DNA of 64,000 bases from Octopus vulgaris. Lineage: Eukaryota. Location of the stretch: the NCBI GenBank assembly GCA_951406725.2, contig OX597825.1, positions 70,556,001-70,620,000 of the forward strand, in the 5' to 3' direction. Made by a program: the position numbers and the translations under genes. Under the pieces are notes generated by a model. The model saw only the letters and a program-made list of their open reading frames with translations. It was not told the DNA's origin and ran no database searches. Of the stretch, positions 13,346-26,255 are shown in pieces (the stretch's first letter is position 1; each line of letters opens with the position of its first letter).

Positions 13346-14274
13346 TCAATACATATAATCATCATCTTCATCATTTAACATCCATGTTCCATTCGGTTTG
13401 ATAGAATCTGGAGGTTCAAGGACTGTTTTCTATGGCAGTGTCTCTACTTTGGCAAGGTTTCTATAACTGGAGGCCTTTCTTAATGCCAACTACTTTACAA
13501 CATGAACTGGGGCAAAAAAAGCACCTAGTATATGCTGTAAATATTAATGAAAGACAAAAATATGTGATGATTATAGCTGGAATGCCTATGATCATATCAG
13601 CTCAATCAGGGTTGACCTCGAGGCAGTCTAAATAATAACAAATATTAAATCTTAAATAAACTTTTGTATAAATATGTTGCCATTGAAAATATAAAAACAA
13701 GTAGTTAAAAAAATATTTAATCTAGAGAAAATCACAAAACAACAAACATACAAATTTAATAATAAACATTTTTTAAAAAGTTAATACAAAAATATACTGT
13801 TTTTAAAAAAAAAAATCAAAATTAATACATCATGCTAAAAAACAATAAATTCTGACAAAATATTTTGCATCGGACAAAAAATCAAAATGGCACAACATAG
13901 GTGGAATCATGTTCAGGCAAAAACAAGACATAACAGAGGTCATTCAGGTCATTTGGGGTCATCCAGGTCATGCAGGGGACGGAACAATAAAAACAGCGTT
14001 TTACATAATCATGGCTGGGGTAGGGGAAATTTTGTGGGATGAGAGGGATGATCCAGTGACTAACTTGGGGGGGAAAAAAAACAATAATCAAGGCTTCATA
14101 GAGAGAACAGGAGAAAGGTAAAGGGAGACAAAGGATACAGGAGAGAAAATGAGAAAGGGTAAAAAATGTGAAGGTGTAGAAAATGTGTGTGATATAGTAA
14201 TAAATAACCCATGCAGGTACTAGTGTGGCATTATTGCTTGAAATCTTGGAATGTAGGTGACTGAAACTAGGGCA

Positions 14275-14710
14275 GTAATGATGATGACGATGAAGATGAA
14301 GATGAGGGTAGATGATGATGATGATGACTGATGATGAGGATCATGATGATGATGACGATCATGATGATAATGACGACAATGATGATGGCAGCAATGGAGG
14401 TGATGATATAATGGCACTGACACCAATGACGGTGGTGGTGACGATGACAATGATGAAGATGGAGATGATGGTGACAATGAAGATGTAATGGCACTGATGC
14501 CAATGATGGTGGTGGTGGTGGTGGTGGTGGTGGTGGTGGTGATGATTGATGATGATCATGATGGTGATGGCTGTGACAATGATGATGTAATAGTACCAAC
14601 GCCAATGATAGTGGTGGTGATGATGATGATGATAATGACAATGATGGCTAAGATGACGGAAGTGATGGAATGATGATGATGATGATGATGATGATGAGGA
14701 TGATGATGAT
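14275..14710. repeat. GAT/GGT trinucleotide low-complexity array
   Basis: Directly visible; contains three copies of taatggcactgaNNccaatga-like motifs. Confidence 0.85.
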
Positions 14711-16084
14711 ATGGAGAAAGAGAAAGGGACACTCAGTATACATTATGGTGCAACTCTCGACATCATACGTCTCAACATACCCATCATGGGACAACATAAA
14801 AACAGATACACACACACACACACACAAAGACAAATAGACCCTTTAGGTGACTGCACACCATGTAAAAATAGCAGCCAAATCTCTTTCAAAACATACATGC
14901 TATTATTTTAACAGGGGCGCAAAAACTCTGGTTGATGTATTCTTAGATGTGCCATGCCAGTATGCCCGAATAAAAGACAGGCAGAATTGGAACACCTTTG
15001 ACCATACTTCTGGTCAATCAGGGTTGGCATAAGCCTAAACAAAAACAACAACAACACGACCATTAAAAGACAAAATCAGAGAAAAAAAAACTGGAATGAA
15101 ACTCATTGGAAACACACTCAGCGTTCCGACTAATTAATTACAGTAACAAGAGAGAAAAGAGGGACAGAGAAAGAGAGAGGGAGGAGGAAGAGACAGGCAG
15201 ACAAAGGGAGTGTGCTGTGCATCGTATTTCTTTAATTTGTTTCAGTTATTGGACAGTGGCCATGCTGGAGCACTGCTTTGACGAGTTTTAGTTGAACATA
15301 TTCAACACCAGGACTTATTTTGAAGTTTGATACCTATTTTGAAGTTTGGTAGGTGTGGCTGTGTGGTAAGTAGCTTGCTTATGAATCACATGGTTCCATG
15401 TTCAGTCCCACTGCATGGCACCTTGGGCAAGTGTCTTCTATTATCGCCTCGGGCCGACCAAAGCCTTGTGAGTAGATTTGGTAGGCAGAAACTGAAAGAA
15501 GCCTGTCGTATGTATGTATATATATATATGTAAGTGTGTGTTTGTGTGTCTGTGTTTGTCCCCCCAACATCACTTGACAACCGATGCTGGTGTGTTTACA
15601 TCCCCGTAACTTAGTGGTTCGGCAAAAGAGACCGATAGAATAAGTACTAGGCTTACAAAGAATACAAGTCCTGGGGATGATTTGCTTGACTAAAGGCAGT
15701 GGCTTGCATAGCATTCTTTGGCGAGCTGGCTGAGTCGTTAGCATGCCAGGTGAAATGTTCAGCAGTATTTCGTCTGCCTTTATGTTCTGAGTTCAAATTC
15801 CACCAAGGCCGACTTTGCCTTTCATCCTTTTGAGGGTCGATTAAATAAGTACCAGTTAAGCACTGGGATCGATGTAATCAACTTAATCCCTTTGTCTGTC
15901 CTTGTTTGTCCCTTTTATGTTTAGTCCCTTGTGGGTAATAAAAAAAATAAATATCAACTATTTTTTATATATCAATTGACTCTAAGACTTGTATGTAGTT
16001 AGGTCTGTGGGAGAGGAGATAGTGATGCCCCAGAGCATGAAGGAAAGATCCTAAGTGGAAGCTGTCGACTGGCATCTACCAAGC

Positions 16085-16545
16085 AACCAGCTGAACAGCC
16101 AACTAACCAGTCGAGAAACCAACCATACAAGCAACAAATCATCCAAGCAACCAAGTGTACAATGAACCAAACAACTGAGCAATCAACTAATTAATCAGCC
16201 AACCATATGAGCAACCAATCAACGAAGCAGCCAACCAACTGAGCAACCAAGCAACCAAGCAGCCAAGCTACAACTGAGCAATCAAGCAAAGACTGAGCAA
16301 CTGAGCAACCAAGCAACCAACTGAGCAACCAGCCAGCCAACTGTGCAATCAACTAACTTAGCAACCAACTCATCAACCAATCATATGAACAACTGATCAA
16401 CCAAGCAACCAACAGAACAACCAAGCAACCACATGAGCAACCATTCAACCAAGCAACTAACCAACTGAGCAGCCAGCTGAACAATCAAACAACCAAGCAA
16501 TCAACCAACTGAGCAGTCAACCTATCAACCAACCAACCAACCAAA
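16085..16545. repeat. Degenerate CAAC/CTGAG short-unit array
   Basis: Recurring caactgagcaaccaag. Confidence 0.8.
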
Positions 16546-17048
16546 ACATTTGACAATAGAGAAAACAAAGACAATATGGTGACAACCTACTTGTTCCAAG
16601 ATGTTATCATGGACAATGACAACAACAACAACACTGACAACAAGCCAATGATGGGACAACAAGCCAATGATGGGACAACAAGCCAATGATGGCTTGATCC
16701 TAGAAGAGGCAATCAAATTCCCTCAAATCACATCCATGCTGTCTTTGAAGTGAGACACATTGGATAGTGCATGTCCTGGGCAGCCTGCACATACAATCAA
16801 GGACGGGACAGTCATGGCTGGAATGCCTTTGATCACAGATCGGATCAATCGAAGCTAATCTCAGACAAAACAACGACAACAAGGACACTGACAACAACAA
16901 CAACAACAACAGCAATAACAACAACAACAACAGTGGTAACAACTTGACAACAACGCCAACAACATTCGTTCGTTCTTCCAGCTCATACAAGCTCACCATA
17001 ATGTAGCGAACAACAAGGACGTGAAATTATTATTTTTTTTTTTTGTTT

Positions 17049-17660
17049 TTAGTATGTTACCATGATGTGCGAAGCTGGTGAAGGTGATGAAGGCGGCGTG
17101 GATGACGGTGACGTGGGTGTGGGTGAGGAGTGGAGGTGTCGAAAAACGAGCGGAGTCGTGGTAGAAGTCGGGAGCTTGGCAGCAGCAGCGGAAGGTATCA
17201 TGGACAATGATGTAGAGGTAACAGTAGCAGTAATAATAGTAGTAGTGGTGGTAGTAGTAGTAGTAGTAGTAATGAATGTGGTGGTAGCAGTAGTAGTAGC
17301 AGCAGCAGTAGCAGCAGCAGGATCTATGACAAGCAAGTCAGGGCAACAGCGGTGGCAGCAGCTGGCATTCCCCCTTACCAAATCTGACAAGGACTCCTGT
17401 CTTGCTAGTGGTGCCTGCGGCTTATTCTTCGTCTTGTTCAAGACCTCTCCTCCTCCTCCTCCACCACCGCCTACTCCTCCTCCTCCTCCTCCTCCACTAC
17501 GTACTCCGCCGGCTCCTTCTCTGGAGATGCCGCCAACGCCAACACCACCTGACGACGAAGGGCCCAGCTTCTGCTTCAGCAATCCCTTCGCTTTTCCGTT
17601 GTTAGTCTGTGGTATCTCAGCAGAACGCGACTTGGTCACTTTATGCCTTCCGTCTAACCA
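17049..17660 (-). CDS. Terminal coding exon, 203 aa low-complexity tail (WLDGRHKVTKSRSAEIP...poly-Gly...LARQESL...poly-Thr...SHIMVTY*)
   Basis: Acceptor ctttgtctatctgccag|TGG (phase 0); 612 nt open to TAA at 17051-17049; GC-rich with in-frame trinucleotide repeats. Confidence 0.8.
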   Translation of the reverse strand, partial: WLDGRHKVTKSRSAEIPQTNNGKAKGLLKQKLGPSSSGGVGVGGISREGAGGVRSGGGGGGGVGGGGGGGGEVLNKTKNKPQAPLARQESLSDLVRGNASCCHRCCPDLLVIDPAAATAAATTTATTTFITTTTTTTTTTTIITATVTSTSLSMIPSAAAAKLPTSTTTPLVFRHLHSSPTPTSPSSTPPSSPSPASHIMVTY

Positions 17661-17899
17661 CTGGCAGATAGACAAAGTGAAACCATAGAGGAATGGGACG
17701 GGAAAACATTACTTTCAGTAAAACAAATCTTGTGGGTTACAATCACAACAGTTTTAGTTTTTTTTTTTTTTTTTTTATCGTTATTCATAAATGACGACCA
17801 ATCATAACTGAGAAATTCATTTAATAAAAACACCATTCACATTTTAATCAAATACCATTGTAATTAGCAGTGTGTAATTAATTCAACAAGCAAAAACAT

Positions 17900-18470
17900 G
17901 AAGCAGTCAACATGTATTAACTTCTTACAGGAACTTTGGCAGTCATTCCATAATTTTTACTTTTTAACAGGAATTTTAGCATCTTTAGCTTTCTTACAAG
18001 AACTTTAACAATCTTTCTACAATTTTTGCCTTCTTACTGAAATTTTAGCAGTCATTCTACATTTTTATTCTTCATACAGAAATTTTAGCATTCGCTCCCA
18101 TAAATTTTGTTTATTTTCCTATAATTTTATCAGGTAGTTATCCCACAGCTTTTGTCACCTGCCCATAAGTTTAGCAGTTGTCCCACAACATTTGCTACCT
18201 TCCAATAAGTTTAGCAGTTGTTCCTACAATTTTTGTTCTCTTATTATTAGTTTAGCAGTCATTCCCACAACTTTTGCTACCTTCTTCTAAGTTTAGCAGT
18301 CATTCCCACAACTTTTGTTCTCTTATAATGAGCTTAGCAGTCATTCCCACAACTTTTGTTCTCTTATAATGAGCTTAGCATTCATTTCCACAACTTTTGT
18401 TCCCTTCTTCTAAGTTTATTCAGTCATTCCCACAACTTTTTCCTTCCTTCAGCAACATTAGCAGTCATGA
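17900..18470. repeat. Minisatellite, ~40 bp unit, upstream of the terminal exon acceptor
   Basis: Recurring ttagcagtcattcccacaacttttg. Confidence 0.85.
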
Positions 18471-20087
18471 GATGGATTGGAGCAGAAATAGATTAAATAC
18501 AATTTCTAAAAGAATAATTTAAGTTTTACATTTCACATTTTAAACAAACAGTCATTTATGCTAGATTTTGATTATTAATTCTGAATATTTTAGTTTAAAA
18601 AGAAAAAAACAATAGTTAGCAAGAACATGTGTGAAACAAGAACAAAACAAAAATTTGGTTAAAGAAATGAGAGCAATATTATATTTTTAGAGAAGAACAA
18701 GAAAACATTTAAGTAACAGCATATTATGGATTAAATATGGATGAATAGATGGATGAATGGAGGGAGAGAAGGAGGGATGGAGCTTATCCACCAAACTGCG
18801 TTACACTATGATATAGTTTTACTGTGTTTTCCTGTTATTAAATATCGATGGTAAAAGGGTAAAGACCCCTTTTGGTCCTGAATGACCATGGGATTGCACC
18901 TAGAAAGTTCCCCTCCAAGATACAAGTCTGGACAAGGTGACAAGAGTCACCCATGCATACCAGCCTCCCCTCTTCATGCCACTGATGTTATCCAAGGGAA
19001 AAGCGGAGGCCAATACAGCTTGGCACCAGTGACTCATCTACAGATGAGCGAACTAGAGCAACGTGAAATAAAGTGTCTTGCTCAAGAGCACGACGCACAG
19101 CCCAGTCCGGAAATCGAACTCACTACCTCATGACTGTAAGCATGACATTCTAACCACTGAGCCATGTGCCTTCATTATCGATGTATAACACCCATATAAC
19201 ATTTGTCTCAAGAAATCCCCATTTCCCAATTCTAATTATTCTAAACTGAAATGTAATTATCGTAGCATGTATATTTAGAGTTTAAAAAACCCATTTGTTT
19301 AGAAAAAGCCAAAAGGTTGCCTTCAACAATTCTTATCCAAAATGGGTTTTTTTTATCTAATGTTTTACATATGTGCTTCAAGATCCACTGTTCCAAGAAA
19401 ATAATAATTTCACATTCTCTTGAAAGTTCATAAAGTCATATGATGTCGATAATTATCATTATTATTATTATTATTTTTAAAACCAGATGGCTGCATCAGG
19501 CTCCAATCTGATCTGGCAGAGTTTCTACAGCTGGATGCCCTTCCTAACGCCAACCACTCTGAGAGTGTAGTGGGTGCTTTTATGTGCTACCGGCACGAGG
19601 GTCAGTCAAGTGGTACTGGCAACGGCCACACTCAAATGGTGTTTTTTACGTGCAGCCTGCACAGGAGCCAGTCCAGCGGCACTGGCAACAACCTCGCTCA
19701 AATGTAAAGAAATGTAGAGGTTTATGGTTATGATTAGTTGAAAGAGGTAAATAGAACCAAATCTGTGTTAGCATGTTAAACAACTCATGCTAATAACATT
19801 TTCAAATATTAAGATGATATCAAATGAGAGACAGAGAGAGAGAAAGAGGGAGGGAAAAACACAACCAAGCTTTGCTCAGATTTAATTGCAAAGTCGTTTT
19901 GGGTTAATGACTTCATAGTCTATAAAGTTAGTCAACAAATAATGCCATTACTTCATATGTGTGTGTGTGTGTGTGTGCACATGTGTGTGTGTGTATGTGT
20001 GTGTGAGAGAGAGAGAGTGTGGTGTACTGAGTTCTGTTTCTCCTGTTTGTGCCACCAAACTTATGTGTATATATGTATATTTACCTA

Positions 20088-20135
<48 letters not shown>

Positions 20136-20546
20136 CATTTGTGTATCTATCTATCCTGACAGTCTGGAAAACAGATATAAATATGCAGGAACACATGAAT
20201 ACTTTCTTACACACGTGCACATGCACACACAAACACACACAAACATAGATCTCCTGCAGTTTCTAGTAACCAAATTCCACTCACAAAGCACTGCTCAACC
20301 TCAGTAGAAGAACTTGGCTAAGGCACTGATTAGCTACTGATGATGTGAAAGGAAGCAGAAATCTAGATTTAGCAATTCTACTGCAGCTGTTGGACACTTT
20401 CCGTCCCCTACCGAATATCCCTGTGCTTAAGATGAATACAGCAGTTTTGCAGCTTTCTACAGTATACCTACCTACAATAAGTAGGATATACAGAATGCTA
20501 TTTTGAACTAATACTGCTTTTGCTGCAAATAATATATACTAATTAA

Positions 20547-20582
<36 letters not shown>

Positions 20583-20695
20583 AATTTTTTTCGTAATGAG
20601 ATAAAAAACCAAGGCTGTGTAGATATTAGAACATTTATCTATAAATGTTCTAATATCTACACAGTCTTGGTCTGTTATATATATATATATATATT

Positions 20696-20728
<33 letters not shown>

Positions 20729-21273
20729 CTTTTATGTAATTTTTGCTTTCAAGTCCCTTACCTTAAGTGCAGTAGAATAGTTTGCTTTCGTTTTTGGTAA
20801 GTGGGGGAGCAGTTAAAGGTAAATACCCAACATTTAACAGAAAGAAGATGGTAAAAAGTTCAAATTCAGTTAAAAGCATAAACACTGAATTATTCCTTCT
20901 ACACCACATCCTTACCCATTTAATCCAAAACACCAAAAAGTAAAAAGAATAAAGTACCCTAAAAAGTTTACGCTTGTAGATGGAAAGCAGTAATAACAGA
21001 GGGTGAAATGAAATGAAATGTGAATGAAATGTGAATGATATGAACAATAACAGAAACCAAAAATAGAAAAAAATAATGATAGGATAAAAAAAAATAACTA
21101 TATTAATGAGAGGAGAAATGTCAGGTATTATGACCAATGAATGTTGGTCAAAAATGGGGCCTGAGTATGTAGTAGAGTGAAATGACCATCTGCAACAGAT
21201 GGTCATTTCATTCTTATGAAACAAAAACATCTCAAGTTTAAAAGAACTCCACCGAGGAAACCAATTCATAGTG

Positions 21274-21313
<40 letters not shown>

Positions 21314-21395
21314 CATATACAGAGAGAGAAAGAGAGAGAGGGAGAGAGAGATGTAGAGAGACAGAGAGTACAGCTCCCCAGACCAAACTACTTAC

Positions 21396-21456
21396 ATCAC
21401 AGTCATGGAGTGAAGATTCAGATTTCCGTTGGAACGCTTGAGCCATTTCTTGCACC
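21396..21456 (-). CDS. Penultimate coding exon (RVQEMAQAFQRKSESSLHDCD)
   Basis: Acceptor cttcttccttttcaaag|G and donor GAT|gtaagt; 61 nt, phase 2 to 0, exactly bridging the phase-2 upstream exons and the phase-0 terminal exon. Confidence 0.85.
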
Positions 21457-22189
21457 CTTTGAAAAGGAAGAAGATAATAATAATGATAATAATAATTATA
21501 ATAATGATAACAATAATGGTTTCAAATTTTGGCACAAGGCCAGCAATTTCGGGGGGAAGGGAGCCAGTCAGTTACATCGACCAGAGAAAGATTAATGTTA
21601 AGGTAAGAACTTTAATAAGGAAGCAGATACCATTTTCTCAGACTCAAAGTGCAAATCATATCTACTTACTCCACAGGTAATCAGATTTTAACAGGAACAT
21701 GACAAAGAACTTACCAACATGTTCTAGATTTCGTGTCTTGCAATGTTGATCATTCTACACAAATTTTAAAGAGTATGGAATGAGAGTTTACCATATTTGA
21801 TGGCTTATAAGACAACGCACCGTTTTTGCTCCCCATAAAAGCTTCATAAAATCATCATGGGCCCTTCCAACATGTGAAAAAGGACCTGCATTATGTGCTA
21901 AATCGAATATTTGTCTGATGTTGCTGAAAAGAGCTCAATGTGGGAACGGGCAAAGAGAAATGACCAATGGACCTAGTTATGGATTTCATTGGTCATTTGC
22001 AGGAAATATAAGGAAGAAGAGAACTGGTTCTTTTGTAGGTCCGAGTGGTCTAATGAGCTGAAACACAGACCTGGGAACACAAGTTCGTAAAAAGAACAAC
22101 CCAAGTTCAAATCCCACTGGAGACAGGATTTTGGAAAGCAGCAGGAAGACACCTAGGAGTCATGACCTATGTGGGCTCAGCTCCCATAG

Positions 22190-22414
22190 TCCTTTAGCAT
22201 TCAGATTATTCTGTCAAATGTAATGCTTTTTTTATTCACACTGTTTTGAATTAATCATGTGTTATCTCATAGCATTGAGATTTTGATGATGTAATTGCTT
22301 ATTTTTAGAAGGACATTGCAGCATAGGTGTGAGAGGTCAGATCAGGCATGTTTGAACAATAAACAGCTAGAATATTTGGGCCAGATATGGCCGGTTTACA
22401 TGCTAAAGGGCTAA
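22190..22414. mobile_element. piggyBac-like MITE; second, inverted copy at ~27438-27645
   Basis: TIRs cctttagcat ... atgctaaaggg with TTAA-like flanks in both copies. Confidence 0.6.
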
Positions 22415-22430
22415 AGTGTCAGGTATAAGG

Positions 22431-22623
22431 TGGCGAGCTGGCAGAAACGTTTGCCGCTGCGTTCTGAGTTCAAATTCCGCCGAGGTCAACTTTGCCTTTC
22501 ATCCTTTCGGGGTCGATAAATTAAGTACCAGTTATGCACTGGGGTCAATGTAATCGACTTAATCCGTTTGTCTGTCCTTGTTTGCCCTCTCTGTGTATAG
22601 CCTCTTTTGGGTAGTAAAGAAAT
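22431..22623 (+). mobile_element. SINE family A copy with an internal deletion
   Basis: TSD aggtataagg (22421-22430 and 22624-22633). Confidence 0.85.
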
Positions 22624-23460
22624 AGGTATAAGGGCCGAAACGCTTGTCGGATGGGAGTTCTTCCTCTGAAGATCTCTCCTGCTGTGTGCTCCCTTTACAG
22701 TGAGTCTCTGTTGTTTTGTGCTTCGAAGCACCAAAAGCATTTTCTTCCTGATTATGTGCCGTTGAAATTGGAATGTATCTAGTCAGCCCATGCATCATTT
22801 ATGCCATCGAATATGGTAAATATCTCTACAGAGACAGAGAGAAAGTATAAGTGTTCTTCAGCAACTTCCAATGCTGAAAGATATGTTTTATTTTATGCTT
22901 TGTCTTTTTTTTTTTTTTTTTTTTGGAGGTGCAATGGCCCAGTGGTTAGGGCAACGGACTCACGGTCAGAGGACCACAGTTTCGATTCCCAGACTGGGCG
23001 TTGTGTGCATTTATTGAGCGAAAACACCTAAAAAGCTCCACGAGGCTCCAGCAGGGGGAGGGGGTGGCGACCCCTGTTGTACTCTTTCACCACAACTTTC
23101 TCTCACTCTCTCTTCCTGTTTCTTGAGGAACGCTGCGATGGACTGGCGTCCCGTCCAGCTGGGGAGCACACATACGCCACAGAAACTGGGAAACCGGGCC
23201 CATGAGCCTGGCTAGGCTTGAAAAGGGCAACGCTTATCGTTTTTGTCTTTTTTTAGGGGGTTTATTTAATATTAAAAATTCTTTTTTTTTTAAACCATTG
23301 TTATAGAGATGCTACTGCATTATCTGCCACAATAGTCTGAGTAGAATTACTGGAAGAATTCAGCACAGTGGCATTCCAGATTATTTCAGAGGTATATGAT
23401 GAAAGAAAAAGACATTGCTTAAAGTATGTAAAGTAAAAAATATACAGATATAATAATAAC

Positions 23461-23515
<55 letters not shown>

Positions 23516-24002
23516 GAAGAAGAAGAAATAGAAGAAGAAGAATGCAAATCATAATGATATTACTAATCGCTACAATTCACAAAGTACCAAAAAACAAAAA
23601 AAACTAAGCGAAAATACATGAGAAAAATCATCACCAAATTAAATCATAATTAGCGATAATAAAAATGATTAATTAACATGCATTGTATGTTATAAAGAAA
23701 AATTGTGTTGAAAAGAATAGGAGTAAATTTTTCGGATTGAGTACCCATTCACACAAAATCCTGATGTGTGTATATGGGGGGGAGGGGAGTTACAGTGATG
23801 TGTGTCGAGGGTGGGGTATGTTCAGTGGAAGTTTGGGTGTCACTGATGGTGGCGGCCGTGGTGGTGGTGGTGGTAGTGGGGAGTTACTAAACTCTAAGTT
23901 TGGTAGTTTACCCAACAAATATTGGACCCCTGCCCTTCTCTCAAGAATAAATAAATGCGTGTTGTTGTAGTAGTAGTTGCTCAGCCCCAGCTTAGTCTAA
24001 AT

Positions 24003-24161
24003 CAGTCGTGGGCAAATTGCAGCCCATGGGCCACGGACCTGAGGGACTTTCTGAATGGCACACCTAACAAAAAATTACCTAAAATCTTTTAGTGTGCAGC
24101 CTGTCTGATAATGAACCATATTTCACGTAGCCTGCATCTTAGAAAAGACTGCACGTGCATG
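24003..24161. mobile_element. hAT (Charlie-like) MITE
   Basis: CAG...ATG ends with 8-bp TSD gtctaaa(t/c); 5' end cagtcgtgggcaaattgcagccc. Confidence 0.6.
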
Positions 24162-26247
24162 GTCTAAACTGAACAGACACATAAAATGCATTACAACCAT
24201 GGCCATCCTGTCATTTTCTTACCTTATTCTATATCTAAGAAGACTACACTATTCAATATATTTCCTTCTTTCTTTTACTTGTTTCAGTCATTTGACTGTG
24301 GCCATGCTGGAGCACCGCCTTTAGTCGAGCAAATTGACCCCGGGACTTATTCTTTGTAAGCCCAGTACTTATTCTATCAGTCTCTTTTGCCAAACCGCTA
24401 AGTAATGGGGACATAAACACACCAGCATCGGTTGTCAAGCGATGCTAGGAAGACAAACACAGACACACATACATATATATACATATATACGACAGGCTTC
24501 TTTCAGTTTCCGTCTACCAAATCCACTCACAAGGCATTGGTCGGCCATTCTTTTTAGCCATTCTTTTTTTTTTTTTAGCCAGTAGCGAGGCCTGAGTAAG
24601 TAGTAGAGTGAAATAACCATCTGCAACAGATGGTCATTTCATCCTTTTTATCTCTAGCAAATCAAGAGCAACAACTACATAAGCCATTCCCCTGTGGTGA
24701 GTTTCATATCATGATTCCATTTCTGACACCAGATTTCACTTCACTCAATCCTAGTGAAACAGTGAGCCTTAAAGACAGCTACAACATAAATCTAGAATAC
24801 TGAATACTTCTCATATAAACATAAGACATTTTGTTAGTCTCAGGAAACAAGGCAACTGGAGTTGTACACCATCCATTCCTTTCTGAACCTTTATAAGATG
24901 ATAGAGCTCATCTACAAACCTATTAATTCGTGGGGTAGGCTAGAAGGTACAGAGTAAGGATTGATCTCTTTAAGAATAACTATTCTTCTATGTTTCAGGA
25001 GAATCAGACATTTTAGCAGCATTTGAAATAACAACAACCTTGTGGTCATCATCATCATCATCATCTTATGTTCGTTTTCCATGCTGGCATGGGACTGACA
25101 GTGTAATAGGATCAAGTGAACTGCAGGGCTGCATCAATCACCAATGTCAGCTTTGGCATGGTTTCTGTGGCTGGATGTCCTTCCTGTTGCCAACCACTTA
25201 ACAATGTGTATGAACTGAGTGCTTTTTTTTCATGCCATCAGAATTAGTAAGGTTACCAAATAAATATGCTTCCTTCATCTCTGTAGCAGAAATATGAAGA
25301 GACATCTGCTTTAAAGAGTTGTTGTTATTACTGTTTCTTGTTTAAGCCACAGATCAACACAGACTGAGCTGAGCTATTACAAAAGGTTTTCATCTACAAA
25401 CATTCTAACATTCCTGTTTCCTTGTTTCTTTTATTCTCATTCAGGCTGTGTCTAAGTTTACACTATCTCATGTGTCCTTACTTTTCCTAGCAGGGTGTGA
25501 GTTGACATTTCTTGTTGGTTCACCACCAAAGGAATAAGGCAATCAGTGAGGTCATTAAAGTTAAGCAGCTACCACAAGGGATCAAAACTAGAGTGTAACC
25601 TTGACTCACCAGCAGATTACCTCTACTACAGTCTTCAAATTTAACATTCACTATTCTACTGCTTTATCACAACAGCAGTCAAATACTTTTCCACCATTTG
25701 ACTCTGTTATAGTGCAGTACTGAGTGAGATCAAAATCCTGTCGTGATCACAAGATTGTAGTTTCAATTCCCAGACCAGGTGGTGCATTGTGTTCTTGAGT
25801 AAAACATGTCACCTCTCATGTTGCTCTATGATCACTTTGACACCTGACAAGTGTTACACCATACACCTGTCCAGGTGATTTGATGAAGGGAGGGAGCTAA
25901 TATACTGCAAAAAACATTTGGGCACTAGAAACATATCATTTGTGCAGTTTGTTCAACAAAACATTACAGAACTGTTTTCTTGGACAGGAGACAAGCATCA
26001 TGTATATGTGTGTGAGTGGTGAGGTATGTATGGATATATGTATGTATACATATATGAATGTATAGATATATATGTATATATTTATGCATGTGTGTGTTGT
26101 TCACATGATAGGGGATAAATTGAGGAGTTCTATATGCTAATATATGTGGATGCTTCTTATAGTGTAAATGAAGCGGTGGTGTTAGTGGAGTAGGAATATC
26201 CGATGAAATATTAAAGATAACATCGCATAACTGTTAAGTTTACATAC

Positions 26248-26255
26248 ATGGCCAA
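26248..26255 (-). CDS. Candidate 8-nt frameshifting microexon
   Basis: ccttgtgctctatgcattttcag|TTGGCCAT|gtatgt: strong donor and two TGC motifs in the pyrimidine tract. Confidence 0.4.

Noticed and set aside
14220-14673. Poly-His, poly-Ser and poly-Pro ORFs
   Set aside because: Trinucleotide array downstream of the stop codon, open in several frames, with no splice support.
17062-17688. 208-aa plus-strand ORF (poly-Val, poly-Pro)
   Set aside because: It is the antisense shadow of the minus-strand terminal exon; splice phases support the minus strand.
20763-21395. Remainder of the 230-aa minus-strand ORF
   Set aside because: Only 21456-21396 is exonic; the rest follows a gtaagt donor and runs through microsatellites.
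21665-21756. Two gtaagt donors upstream of the penultimate exon
   Set aside because: Matching acceptors are weak (9-nt version) or give a stop (40-nt version); indistinguishable from chance.
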